From Anaeramoeba ignava BMAN (lineage: Eukaryota > Protista > Anaeramoebae), in NCBI GenBank assembly GCA_028826165.1, contig JAPDFW010000106.1, forward strand, positions 62,001 to 126,000: DNA of 64,000 bases. Direction: 5' to 3'. This document shows, piece by piece, positions 1 through 10,984 of this stretch. Position 1 is the stretch's first letter; each line of letters starts with the position of its first letter. A program made the position numbers and the translations under genes. The notes below the pieces were generated by a model. That model was given only the letters and a program-made list of their open reading frames with translations. It was not told the origin of the DNA and did no database searches.

Positions 1-2402
1 ATAAAATAGTTTTTACCATCATCTCCAACAGAAAAATTATGTAAAATAAAACATCCATTTTGTTGAATTTTTTCATTTAATTGAAATTCTTTCATCCATT
101 GAATTGTTTTTTCAATATTAATATCTTCTTCAACTTTAATTTCTTTTTTTAAATTTAATTTTAATATTAATTATAATTTTAATTTAGGAAATAAATTACC
201 AGAAATTTTTCCTTCTTTTTGTTCTCGAAAATTTTGTAAATTAATTTGGATTTTTCTTTCTTCTTTTATTCTAACTTTGTTTTCTCTTTTTGCTAATTTA
301 ATTTTATTTTGATTTAAATCATTTTCTTTTTGTAAATTTTCATTTTTCTTTTGATTTAATTTTTGTTTTTTTTGATTTAAATGATTTTCTTTTTCTTGTA
401 TTTTTTGTTCTCTTTTTTCTAATTGAGTTTTATTTTGATTTAAATCATTTTCTTTTTCTTTCAATTTTTGTTGTTTTTGATTTAAATGATTTTCTTTTTC
501 TTGTATTTTTTGTTCTCTTTTTTCTAATTGAGTTTTATTTTGATTCATTTGATTTTCTTTTTGTAAATTTTCATTTTTCTTTTGATTTAATTTTTGTTTT
601 TTTTGATTTAAATGATTTTCTTTTTCTTGTATTTTTTGTTCTCTTTTTTCTAATTGAGTTTTATTTTGATTTAAATCATTTTCTTTTTCTTCTAATTTTT
701 GTTGTTTTTGATTCAAACCATTTTCTTTTTGTAAATTTTCATTTTCTTTTACTTTTACTTTTTGTTGCTTTTGATTTATTTCATTTTCTTTTTTTTGTAA
801 TTGAGTTTTATTTTGATTTAAATCATTTTCTTTTTCTTCTAATGTTTGTTGTTTTTGATTTAATTTTTGTTGTTTTTTTAAATTTTCATTTTCTTTTTCA
901 TTTACTTTTTGTTGCTTTTGATTTATTTCATTTTCTTTTTTTTCTAATTGAGTTTTATTTTGATTTAAATCATTTTCTTTTTCTTCTAATTTTTGTTGTT
1001 TTTGATTTAAATCATTTTCTTTTTGTAAATTTTCATTTTCTTTTTCATTTACTTTTTGTTGTTTTTGATTTATTTCATTTTCTTTTTCTTCTAATTTTTG
1101 TTGTTTTTGATTTAATTCAATTTTATTTTGATTTAGATCATTTTCTTTTTCTTTTAATTTTTGTTGTTTTTGATTTAAATCATTTTCTTTTTGTAAATTT
1201 TCATTTTCATTTTCTTTTACTTTTTGTTGTTTTTGATTTATTTCATTTTCTTTTTTTTGTAATTGATTTTTATTTTGATTTAAATCATTTTCTTTTTCTT
1301 CTAATGTTTGTTGTTTTTTATCCAATTTTTGTTGTTTTTGATTTAATTTTTGTTGTTTTTGGTTTAATTTGGTTTCTTTTTGTGTTAAATTTTCTGAAAT
1401 TGATTTTAATTTTCCCATTTTTTCATCTAATAAATCAACAAAAAAATTAGATGGAAATAATTGAAATAATTGTGTTTTTTCAATTTTTTGAATTTCTTCT
1501 TTTGTAATTTGTTTCTTTTCTTGAATTTTAATTAAAATTTCATAAATAGTTTTTTTAATTGAATTTGAATTTGATTTTAAATTTGAATTTAAATTTGATT
1601 CTTCTTGAAAAGATTGATTAAAATTAAGTTTATTATTTTTCATCCATTCAATAATTATTTCTTGAATTAAATTTGTTTGATCTCTTCCAAAATTTGAAAT
1701 TAAAAAATCAATAATATTTAAGAATTCATTTGTTTTTAATTTTGAAATTTCTTTTTTTTGAAGAAGATTATTGTAATTTTTAAGAATAAAATTTTGACAA
1801 ATTTCTAAAAGAAAATTTGAATGAATTTCTTTTGATTTTGAAAATATTTCAAATATATTATTTTGATTAATAATTGGTTCAATTTCTTTTTCAATTTTAA
1901 TTTTTAATTTTTCTAATCTAATTATATCAGCAAATTTAAAATATTTTTCGAATTCTTGATGATTAATATTGATTTCACCTTCATAAATATATTTGATTAT
2001 TGGTTCAACAATTTCAAAATCGAATTCTTTAAAATAAATTTGATTTTCTCCTTTTTCTTTTGTAAATAAATCAAAAAATGAACTTCTTGCATTTAAAATG
2101 ATTTTGTGGCATTTTATTGAGTTTTCTTTCTCATTTTCTTTCTCATTTTCTTTCTTGTTTTCTTTCTTATTTTCTTTCTTGTTTCTTTTTTTGTTTTCTT
2201 TCTTATTTTCTTTCTTATTTTCTTTCTTCTTTTCTTTACAATAAATTGTAAAATCTGTAAATTGTTTTTGAGTTTGATAAATTTTTGAAAAATTAAGTGA
2301 TTGTTCTTTAAGTAAAATATTATCAATTTCTTTGATTGATAATTTGTATAATTCTTTTAAGTTTTCTGTGTTATTGTTATTGTTATTATTATTGTTATTC
2401 AT
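1..2402 (-). CDS. BTB/POZ(-BACK) + heptad-repeat coiled-coil protein, continuing into an ARM-like exon (3' end outside window)
   Basis: BTB motifs (FTDFTI...KCHKIILNARSSFF...IIKYIYEG) followed by ~55 heptads. GT-AG intron 143..199 joins ...KIS to exon 142..17 (EIKVEEDINIEKTIQWMKEFQLNEKIQQNGCFILHNFSVGDD); another GT donor at 16. Confidence 0.8.
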
Positions 2403-2499
2403 TTTGTAATTTTCTTTTTTTTTTTAAAAGAAAAAAAATGAAAAAAAAAAAGGAAAATTAGAAAAAAAGGAAAAATAAAGAAAAAAAAAGGAAAATAAT

Positions 2500-3865
2500 T
2501 TAAAAATATAATTTAATATTTAATTTTATGTTTAAAACAATAATTTAATGTTTTAGATTTAAATATTTTATTATTTAAATATTTAACATAAAAATATAAA
2601 AAATAAGAATAGATTTAATTTAATATTTAATTTATAAATTAATTTAAAAATATAATTTATTATTTAATTTTATTATTAAAATAATACTTTATTGTTTTAG
2701 ATTTAAATATTTTATTATTTAAATATTTACCAAATAAATATAAAAATGAGAATAGATTTAATTTAATATTTAATTTATAAATTAATTTATAAATATAATT
2801 TAATATTTAATTTTTATTATTAAAATAATAATTTATTGTTTTAGATTTAAATATTTTATTATTTAAATATTTAACATATAAATATAAAAATGAAAATAGA
2901 TTTAATTTAATATTTAATTTATAAATTAATTTAAAATTTAATTTAATATTTAATTTTATTATTAAAATATTAATTTAATGTTTTAGATTTAAATATTTTA
3001 TTATTTAAATATTTACCAAATAAATATAAAAATAAGAATAGATTTAATTTAATATTTAATTTAGAAATTAATTTAAAAATATAATTTAATATTTAATTTT
3101 ATTATTAAAATAATAATTTAATGTTTTAGATTTAAATATTTTATTATTTAAATATTTAACATATAAATATAAAAAATGAGAATAAGTTTAATTTAATATT
3201 TAATTTATAAATTAATTTAAAAATATAATTTAATATTTAATTTTTATGTTTAAAATAATAATTTAATGTTTTAGATTTAATTATTTTATTATTTAAATAT
3301 TTAACATATAAATATAAAAATAAGAATAGATTTAATTTAATATTTAATTTATAAATTAATTTAAAAATATAATTTAATATTTAATTTTATTATTAAAATA
3401 TTAATTTAATGTTTTAGATTTAAATATTTTATATTTAAATATTTAACATATAAATATAAAAATGAAAATAGATTTAATTTAATATTTAATTTATAAATTA
3501 ATTTATAAATATAATTTAATATTTAATTTTATGTTTAAAATAATAATTTATTGTTTTAGATTTAAATATTTTATTATTTAAATATTTAACATAAAAATAT
3601 AAAAATGAGAATAAGTTTAATTTAATATTTAATTTATAAATTAATTTAAAAATATAATTTAATATTTAATTTTATTATTAAAATATTAATTTAATGTTTT
3701 AGATTTAAATATTTTATTATTTAAATATTTAACATATAAATATAAAAATGAAAATAGATTTAATTTAATATTTAATTTATAAATTAATTTAAAAATATAA
3801 TTTATTATTTAATTTCATTATTAAAATAATAATTTATTGTTTTAGATTTATATATTTTATTATTT
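2500..3865. repeat. AT-rich tandem satellite, ~143-bp unit, ~10 copies
   Basis: Marker tttTAGattta at 2554, 2698, 2842, 2984, 3127, 3272, 3415, 3557, 3700, 3843 (spacing 142-145). Confidence 0.95.
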
Positions 3866-4251
3866 AAAAATATTTTGAAAATTGATTTTTTTAAATTAAA
3901 ATTTTATCTTTTTGAATTAAATTGAATTAATATTAATTTGGAAATTTGTTTTAAAATTTAAATTTATTAATAATTTTTAAATTCCAAAAAAAAATTAAAT
4001 TAAAAATTAAATTAAAATAATTTTCCTTTTTTTTAATAATAAAAAATAATAAAAATAATAATAATTTATTAATAAATTAATTTAAAATAATAAATTAAAA
4101 GAAAAATTAAATTAATTATTAATTTAAATTTATTCTTATTTTTATATTTTTATTTATTTTCAAAATCCACTTTTTATTTATTTTTTTTAAATTTTTTTTC
4201 ATTTTTCCTTTTTAAAACAAAAACAAAAAACAAAAAAAAAACAAAAACAAA

Positions 4252-5927
4252 ATGAATAATAATAATAATAACCAAATTGAAAATGCAAATCAAAATCAAA
4301 ATGAAAATGAAATGAAAAATTTAGAAAAAAAGTAACAAAAATTTAATTAAAGATTATTCAAACCTTTTAAATGGAAATTCATTTAAAGATTTTTCAATTT
4401 TTGTTGAGAATAAATCAAATCCTTTTGAAATTAAAGTTCATAAATCAATTTTATCTTCAAGATCTCCTTTTTAATGAATCATTAAGGCAAGAATCTCTTT
4501 CTATTTCTTTAAAATCAATTTAATAAAAAGAAATGGAATCAATTTTGAGTTATATTTATTATGGAAATATTTCTTTTGAGAATAAAGAAAATCTTATTCA
4601 ATTATTGGAAATTTCAATTTATTTTAAATTAAATTTATTGAAAGAAATTATTCAAAAAAAAATTTCAAATTCAATTAATTATTCAAATTTTTTCCAATTT
4701 TTATTCCAAAATCGAAATTTAAATTCAAATGAAATTGAAATAAAATGTTTTGAATTAATAAATCAAAATTTTTCCCAAATTCAGAATAACGAGAATTTAT
4801 TCAATTTAACTAAAGAAGAAATTATCAAATTTATTCAATTTAAACAAGAAAAAAAAGAAATTTTTCAATTTGATTTTTTTGAATTTTTAAATAATTGGAT
4901 TGAAAAAAGAAATGAAAGATTAAAAGGAAAGAAAGAAAAAGAAAAAGAAAAGGGAATTGAAAAGAAAAGATTATTTCATTCTTTTTTTTCATTATTTGAT
5001 AAAGATTCAATTTCAAAACAAGATTTTGATAAATTAAAACAATTTGATTTTTTTCCTAAATCTTTTTTAGTTAATATTCAAAACAAAGTTATTCAAGATA
5101 ATCAAAAGGAAATTGAAGATAAAGAGAAGGAAATTGAAGAGAAATGGAAGAAAGAAATTGAAGATAAAAACAAAGAAATTGAAGATAAATGGAAGAAAGA
5201 AATTGAAGAGAAATGGAAGAAAGAAGTTGAAGATAAAAACAAAGAAATTGAAAACAAAAACAAAGAAATTGAAGAGAAATGGAAGAAAGAAATTGAAAAT
5301 AAAAACAAAGAAATTGAAGATTTGAAAACAGAGAATGAGAAAATGAAACAAGAAATGGAATTACAAAAGATTTTTCCTCAATTTTCAGATTCAGAAATTG
5401 TTCAAGATATTGAATATGTTAAGAAATTACAAGAATGGATAAATGATAATGATTTTTTTTCTAAAATGAAAAAAGGATTTTCAGCAAAAAGAGATGGATT
5501 TAATTCTCAAAATTGGCATTCAAAAGTTGGTGGGAAAGGAAAAACATTAGTTATTATCAAAACAAAAGATAATTTTATTTTTGGAGGTTTTACTAAAGTT
5601 GGATTTAATGGAAATCCAGGATACATTGGTGATTCAAATGCATTTATTTTTTCATTAAGAAATGATAAAGGAGATAGAATACCTGCAAAGTTTACATATA
5701 ATGGCAATGGTTATGCAATTTATTCTAGATCAGATCTTGGTCCAGTTTTTGGTGATGATTATAATGATTTTCTATTAGGTTCTAATTTACAACCTGGTTA
5801 TTCACATTTTGGTAGAAGTTATAATTTACCTAATGGAATTAATTATGGAACAAATGAATCTAAAAGTTATTTAGCTGGTTCTCATAATTCATGGGTTGTT
5901 GATGAACTTGAATCTTATTTCATTTAA
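4252..5927 (+). CDS. BTB/POZ - coiled-coil - TLDc protein; 5' part broken by homopolymer indels (assembly error or pseudogene)
   Basis: ATG at 4252. Upstream frames encode FKDFSIFVENKSNPFEIKVHKSILSSRSPF (BTB start) with indels at A/T runs near 4325, 4470 and 4511-4529. ORF 4533..5927 has EEKWKKEI/EDKNKEI repeats and TLDc motifs (SAKRDGF, GKTLVIIKT, FIFGGFT, GPVFG). Confidence 0.8.
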
Positions 5928-6389
5928 AAATTAATTAATAATAAGAAAATCAAACTTTTTTTTTTTAATTTTTTTTTTCAAAATTTAATTCAATTTTAAT
6001 TTACTTTTAATCAAATTAATTTCTTTAAAATAATAAATAAGAAACAAATTTAATTTTAAATAATTTAATTTTAATTTAAAATATTTATTAAAAATTTAAT
6101 TAATAAAAAATAATCCAAAAAAAAATAATAAATTTTAAAAATTGAATATTTTTAATATAATAAATAAAAATAAAAATTGAAAATAGAAATTAATAATAAT
6201 TAAATTTAAATTCATTAATTAAAATATTAAAATAAAAATCAAATAAAATTTATTATTAATTAATATTTAAATATTAATAAATTATAATCAAAATCAAAAA
6301 TAGAATAATTAGTAAATTATTTTTTTAGAAAGTTTATCTTATTAAATCATGTTAAATTCAATTTATTTAAAATTTTTAATTTTTAATTT

Positions 6390-8660
6390 TATTTTTAATA
6401 TATTTTATTATAATTAAAATTGAAATAATAAATATTTAAAAATATTAAGTTAATAAATAAAAATATTATATCAAATTAAAATAAAATAAGTTTTAAAATA
6501 AATTATTATTAAATATTATTAAAATTAAATATTTATTTTTATTAAAATATTTATTCCACTTTTTAATATATTTTATTATAATTAAAATTTGAATAATAAA
6601 TAATTAAAAATATTAATATAATAAATAAAAATATTATTTCAAATTAAAATAAAAATAAATTTAAATTAAATTATTATTAAATATTATTAAAATTAAATAT
6701 TTATTTTTATTAAAATATTTATTCCACTTTTTAATATATTTTATTATAATTAAAATTTGAATAATAAACAATTAAAAATATTAATATAATAAATAAAAAT
6801 ATTATTTCAAATTAAAATTAAAATAAATTTAAATTAAATTATTATTAATTATTATTAAAATTAAATATTTATTTTTATTAAAATATTTATTCCATTTTTA
6901 ATATATTTTATTATAATTAAAATTTGAATAATAAATAATCAAAAATATTAATTTAATAAATAAAAATATTATATCAAATTAAAATAAAATAAATTTAAAT
7001 TAAATTATTATTAATTAATATTAAAATTAAATATTTATTTTTATTAAAATATTTATTCCACTTTTTAAATATATTTTATTATAATTAAAATTGAAATAAT
7101 AAAAATTAAAAATATTAATATAATAAATAAAAAAATATTATTTCAAATAAAAATAAAATAAATCTAAATTAAATTATTATTAATTACTATTAAAATTAAA
7201 TATTTATTTTTATTAAAATATTTATTCCACTTTTTAATATATTTTATTATAATTAAAAAATTGAAATAATAAATAATTAAAAATATTAAGTTAATAAATA
7301 AAAATGTTATATCAAATTAAAATAAAATAAATTTAATTTAAAATTATTATTAAATATTATTAAAATTAAATATTTATTTTTATTAAAATATTTATTCCAC
7401 TTTTTAATATATTTTATTATAATTAAAATTGAATAATAAATAAATAAAAATATTAATATAATAAATAAAAATATTATATTAAAATAAATTAAAATAAATT
7501 TAAATTAAATTATTATTAAATATTATTAAAATTAAATATTTATGTTTATTAAAAATATTTATTCCACTTTTTAATATATTTTATTTTGAAATAATAAATA
7601 ATTAAAAATATTAATATAATAAATTAAAATATTATATTAAATTAAAATAAAATAAATTCAAATTAAATTATTATTAAAAATTATTAAAATTAAATATTTA
7701 TTTTTATTAAAATATTTATTCCACTTTTTAATATATTTTATTATAATTAAAATTGGAATAATAAACAATTAAAAATATTAAGTTAATAAATGAAAATATT
7801 ATTTTAAATTAAAAATAAAATAAATTTAAATTAAATTATTATTAATTATTATTAAAATTATTTAAATATTTTTATTAAAATATTTATTCCACTTTTTTTA
7901 ATATATTTTATTATAATTAAAATTGGAATAATAATTAATTAAAAATATTAATATAATAAATAAAAATATTATATCAAATTAAAATAAAATAAATCTAAAT
8001 TAAATTATTATTAATTAATATTAAAATTAAATATATATTTTTATTAAAATATTTATTCCACTTTTTAATATATTTTATTATAATTAAAATTGAAATAATA
8101 AATAATTAAAAATATTAAGTTAATAAATGAAAATATTATTTTAAATTAAAATAAAATAAATTTAAATTAAATTATTGTTAAATATTATTAAAATTAAATA
8201 TTTATCTTTATTAAAATATTTATTCCACTTTTTAATATATTTTATTATAATTAAAATTGAAATAATAAATAATTAAAAATATTAATATAATAAATAAAAA
8301 CATTATTTCAAATTAAAATAAAATAAATTTAAATTTAAATTATTATTAAATATTATTAAAATTAAATATTTATTTTTATTAAAATATTTATTCCACTTTT
8401 TAATATATTTTATTATAATTAAAATTGGAATAATAAATAAATAAAAATATTAATATAATAAATAAAAATATTATATTAAAATAAATTAAAATAAATTTAA
8501 ATTAAATTATTATTAAATATTATTAAAATTAAATATTTATTTTTATTAAAATATTTATTCCACTTTTTTTAATATATTTTATTTTAATTAAAATTGAAAT
8601 AATAAATAATCAAAAATATTAATATAATAAATAAAAATATTATTTCAAATGAAAATTAAA
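6390..8660. repeat. AT-rich tandem satellite, ~168-bp unit, ~13 copies
   Basis: Marker attCCa at 6556, 6724, 6892, 7058, 7227, 7397, 7564, 7721, 7889, 8058, 8225, 8393, 8560 (166-170; one 157-bp deleted unit). Confidence 0.95.
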
Positions 8661-8865
8661 ATAAATTAAAATTTAATTCATATTTAATTCATATTTATTC
8701 AACAAAATATCATTTTACTTGCAAATTGAAATAAACAAGATAAAAATAAAAAGAAAAAGAATCAAATTATTTCACATTTCTTTAAATTTCTTCATATTAT
8801 TTCACATCATTTCAAATTTCTTTAAATTTCTTTAAATTTCTTTAAATTTCTTCAAATTAAATGGA

Positions 8866-10680
8866 TTACATCAGATTACAATTAGCATCTTTTTTAATTT
8901 GATTCTCTGATAGTTTTGCTTTGCTTCCAGAAAGAGCCTGAATATGGCCTTTCTTGTTTGCGGAAATGATATTTTGTTGAATATTTGGTGTGCAATCACG
9001 ATCAACAGTAATTCCATAAAAATGATTTTCAAAAATTGCACATTTTTTGATGATTCCACTACTATTTGCGAATATAACTATACCAGACTCCAGGTTGTTG
9101 CGGATGGTACAGTTTGTGATTGTAGGGTTGCCGCTGTCTTGGATTGCAACACCTGAGAAATTATTTTCATAAATATCGTTCTTATCAAACGATCCATTTC
9201 CATTACTCAAAATTGCGCAACCGTTTTTCTTGTTCTTGTAGATCTCGTTGTTGCTCACAAGCGGCTGCGAATGGTCAACAACCTCGATCCCGTTGCAGCT
9301 GTTGCTAAAGATGGTGTTCTTCTTGATCGTGCCTTGTCCTTTATTTGTGATAAAAATTCCTGTTTCTGAATTTGAAAAAATCTTGTTTTCAGAAATAACA
9401 GGACTGCTCTCATCCGAAATTTTGATTGCAATCTTATTGCTTTCAATTTCGTTGCGTGATATCACTGAGAGACCGTTTTTCGAGATGTTGATTCCCACGC
9501 CATTTCGGAAGATTGTGTTGGAAATGATTGTGGGGTTTGATTGGTTTTCAATTAGAATTCCGTTGGCTTTATTGTTAAAAATATCGTTTTGTTCAATTTT
9601 CGACATTCCTCCTCCACTTGAAAAAATGCCATTTTCGCAGTTGCCGATTTTGTTAGATGAAATTTTGATATTTTCACAATCGAAAAGATCAATTCCATGA
9701 TCACAATTTGCGATGAAATTGCTTTGTATTGTTGAATTTCTGGAGTTTGACAGCAAAACAGCAGATTTTTTGCATCTGAGGAATTTATTGCTTCTTAAAA
9801 CAACGTTAGAATTTCTCTCGACAACGATTCCATAGACAGAAGATTGGATCTTGCACGAGTCGATTTGCAAACTTCCTGATCTGGCCAAAATGGCAGATTT
9901 TTTAAACTTGAACTGGCCAAAATTACTGTAAGTTTCACTGTATGTATATTGGTCTCTTTTGATATTTAGGACAACACTAACGGTCGCGTCGGACTCTGTG
10001 GTGTCCTCGTCCTTGTGGAGACTCAAGAAGTTTCTGTGGCGCTCTTGGATGTTGAATTGGATCATGCTGTTTTGATCTGCGTTGTTTTCCCCATCTTCTG
10101 AATCGTCAAGAGTACCATCTCCATTTGCTTTTGGGAATTCTTGCTTTTTTTCAGTGATTTCTCCCGAAATTTTTCTATTTAAACTCAAGCTGTCAATTCC
10201 TTTTTGCAAAGTTTCTTCAATTTCCAAGTCGTCGGCCTTACTGAGAAATTGCGAATAAATACTGGGCTTTTTTTCGCGGCCATCTTCGCCGTTCTTTGTT
10301 GATTCTGTGTTTTGTCTGGCTCTCTGGTCGGGGACGTCGTGAGTACGAAGAGAAAAATCAGTGATTTGATCCTCATTTTCGTCTGTTTGAATGAACTTGA
10401 TTGTGATTTTTGAAATTCTTCCCGAAACGGCGTTAAAAATGATCGTGCTTTTCTCACTATTGTTCTCCAGTATAACCTCTTCGTTAGGATCGTCTGGCCC
10501 CGTGATTATGATTCCTGGCTGTGTTATTGATATACACTCCCGATATGTTCCTGCCATTACTCTTATTATTTCTCCTGCTTTTGCTTCTTTTATTGCTTCG
10601 TTTATTGTTCGAAAAGTTCTTGTTGATATTTTTTGGTTTGGTTCTTTATTTACCCAAATTTCGTTTAAATTCACATCCAT
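8866..10680 (-). CDS. Right-handed parallel beta-helix (PbH1/CASH, FBXO11/NosD-like) protein with C-terminal CaaX motif
   Basis: Single 604-aa ORF. N-cap FRTINEAIKEAKAGEIIRVMAGTYRE; ~23-aa repeats of the form N.I..N...GI.I; ends CNLM*. Confidence 0.85.
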   Translation of the reverse strand: MDVNLNEIWVNKEPNQKISTRTFRTINEAIKEAKAGEIIRVMAGTYRECISITQPGIIITGPDDPNEEVILENNSEKSTIIFNAVSGRISKITIKFIQTDENEDQITDFSLRTHDVPDQRARQNTESTKNGEDGREKKPSIYSQFLSKADDLEIEETLQKGIDSLSLNRKISGEITEKKQEFPKANGDGTLDDSEDGENNADQNSMIQFNIQERHRNFLSLHKDEDTTESDATVSVVLNIKRDQYTYSETYSNFGQFKFKKSAILARSGSLQIDSCKIQSSVYGIVVERNSNVVLRSNKFLRCKKSAVLLSNSRNSTIQSNFIANCDHGIDLFDCENIKISSNKIGNCENGIFSSGGGMSKIEQNDIFNNKANGILIENQSNPTIISNTIFRNGVGINISKNGLSVISRNEIESNKIAIKISDESSPVISENKIFSNSETGIFITNKGQGTIKKNTIFSNSCNGIEVVDHSQPLVSNNEIYKNKKNGCAILSNGNGSFDKNDIYENNFSGVAIQDSGNPTITNCTIRNNLESGIVIFANSSGIIKKCAIFENHFYGITVDRDCTPNIQQNIISANKKGHIQALSGSKAKLSENQIKKDANCNLM

Positions 10681-10984
10681 TATTTCTTATAAATTTAAAA
10701 AAAGCAAAAAAAAAAAAAATTTTTTTTTAATTGAAAATTGAAAAGAAAAAAAAAAAAAAAAATGAAAAGAAAAAAAAAAAGAAAAAAATTTTTTCGAATT
10801 AAGAAAAAAAAAATTTAAATAAAAAAAAAATTGGATAAATGAATCAAATAAAAAAGAGAAATGAAAGGAAAATAAAGGAAAATGAAAGAAAATGAAAGAA
10901 AATAAAAAATTCTAATTATTTAATTTATTTATTTTTATTTCTTACTTTCATTTTTAATTAAAAATTTCGATCAAAAAGAAAAAA

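Noticed and set aside
8866-10680. Recent horizontal transfer inferred from higher GC
   Set aside because: Clearly eukaryotic genes (the RGS-RhoGEF exon) show the same GC-rich interior, and the gene ends in a eukaryotic CaaX.
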